Source: Phoronis australis (lineage: Eukaryota; Animalia; Phoronida). Taken from it: a stretch of 64,000 bases of DNA. Below are positions 63,701 through 64,000 of the stretch, in pieces; the first letter of the stretch is position 1, and the number at the start of each line of letters is the position of its first letter. The stretch covers positions 392,978 to 456,977 of the forward strand of contig NMRA01000284.1 of assembly GCA_002633005.1 (NCBI GenBank), written 5' to 3'. The translations under genes and the position numbers were made by a program. Under the pieces are notes generated by a model. It saw only the letters and a list, made by a program, of their open reading frames with translations. It did not search any database and was not told the DNA's origin.

Positions 63701-64000
63701 AGAATCGAGGGAGACGTGATCATTTGCGCCGCTTATGCTCACGAGCTGCCTCGCTACGGTGTCAAGGTCGGGTTGACTAACTATTCAGCCGCTTACTGCA
63801 CTGGTCTCCTTCTGGCCAGGCGACTGCTGAAGAAGTTTAATTTACACGAAGTCTACGAGGGCCAGACAGAGGTGGACGGTGATGAGTTCTATGTTGAGGA
63901 CGCTGACGACGGCCCCGGCGCCTTCCGCTGTTACTTGGACGTGGGCCTGGCAAGGACCACCACTGGTGCCCGTGTGTTCGGTGCCTTGAAGGGCGCTGCT
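60783..64000 (+). CDS. RPL5: 60S ribosomal protein L5 (uL18), exons 60783-60785, 62333-62402, 63182-63297, 63689->64000
   Basis: Spliced translation M|[23 protein letters not shown]|[39 protein letters not shown]|[45 protein letters not shown]...[16 protein letters not shown]; canonical splice sites; ATG-only first exon. Confidence 0.97.
62333..62402 (+). CDS. RPL5: RPL5 exon 2 (70 nt)
   Basis: ttacag|[23 protein letters not shown]|gtaaat. Confidence 0.95.
63182..63297 (+). CDS. RPL5: RPL5 exon 3 (116 nt)
   Basis: tttcag|[11 protein letters not shown]...KDIVCQ|gtcagt. Confidence 0.95.
63689..64000 (+). CDS. RPL5: RPL5 exon 4 (truncated by window end)
   Basis: ctgcag|IAYARIEGD...VFGALKGAA. 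Confidence 0.95.
   Translation, partial: MAYARIEGDVIICAAYAHELPRYGVKVGLTNYSAAYCTGLLLARRLLKKFNLHEVYEGQTEVDGDEFYVEDADDGPGAFRCYLDVGLARTTTGARVFGALKGAA

Overview
This is an AT-rich animal genomic window, probably from an invertebrate, containing two divergently transcribed spliced genes. (1) On the minus strand is a CCDC18-like coiled-coil gene. Its ATG is at 56513, and I traced 18 coding exons to 327 with consistent GT-AG sites and phases; it continues off the left edge. It includes one ~31.7 kb intron (22464-54155). (2) On the plus strand is 60S ribosomal protein L5 (RPL5/uL18), with ATG at 60783 and 4 exons, continuing off the right edge. The two genes appear to share a ~300 bp bidirectional promoter with an NRF1 palindrome and a TCT/5'TOP initiator. 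The introns hold MITEs, SINE remnants, minisatellites, a degraded patatin-like phospholipase gene (plus a second fragment), a degraded YqaJ-like nuclease remnant, CTCF-like motifs and enhancer-like blocks. Four ~0.7-1.1 kb direct duplications sit exactly at N gaps and are most likely haplotype-overlap assembly artefacts. Homology calls rest on remembered motifs, not database searches.
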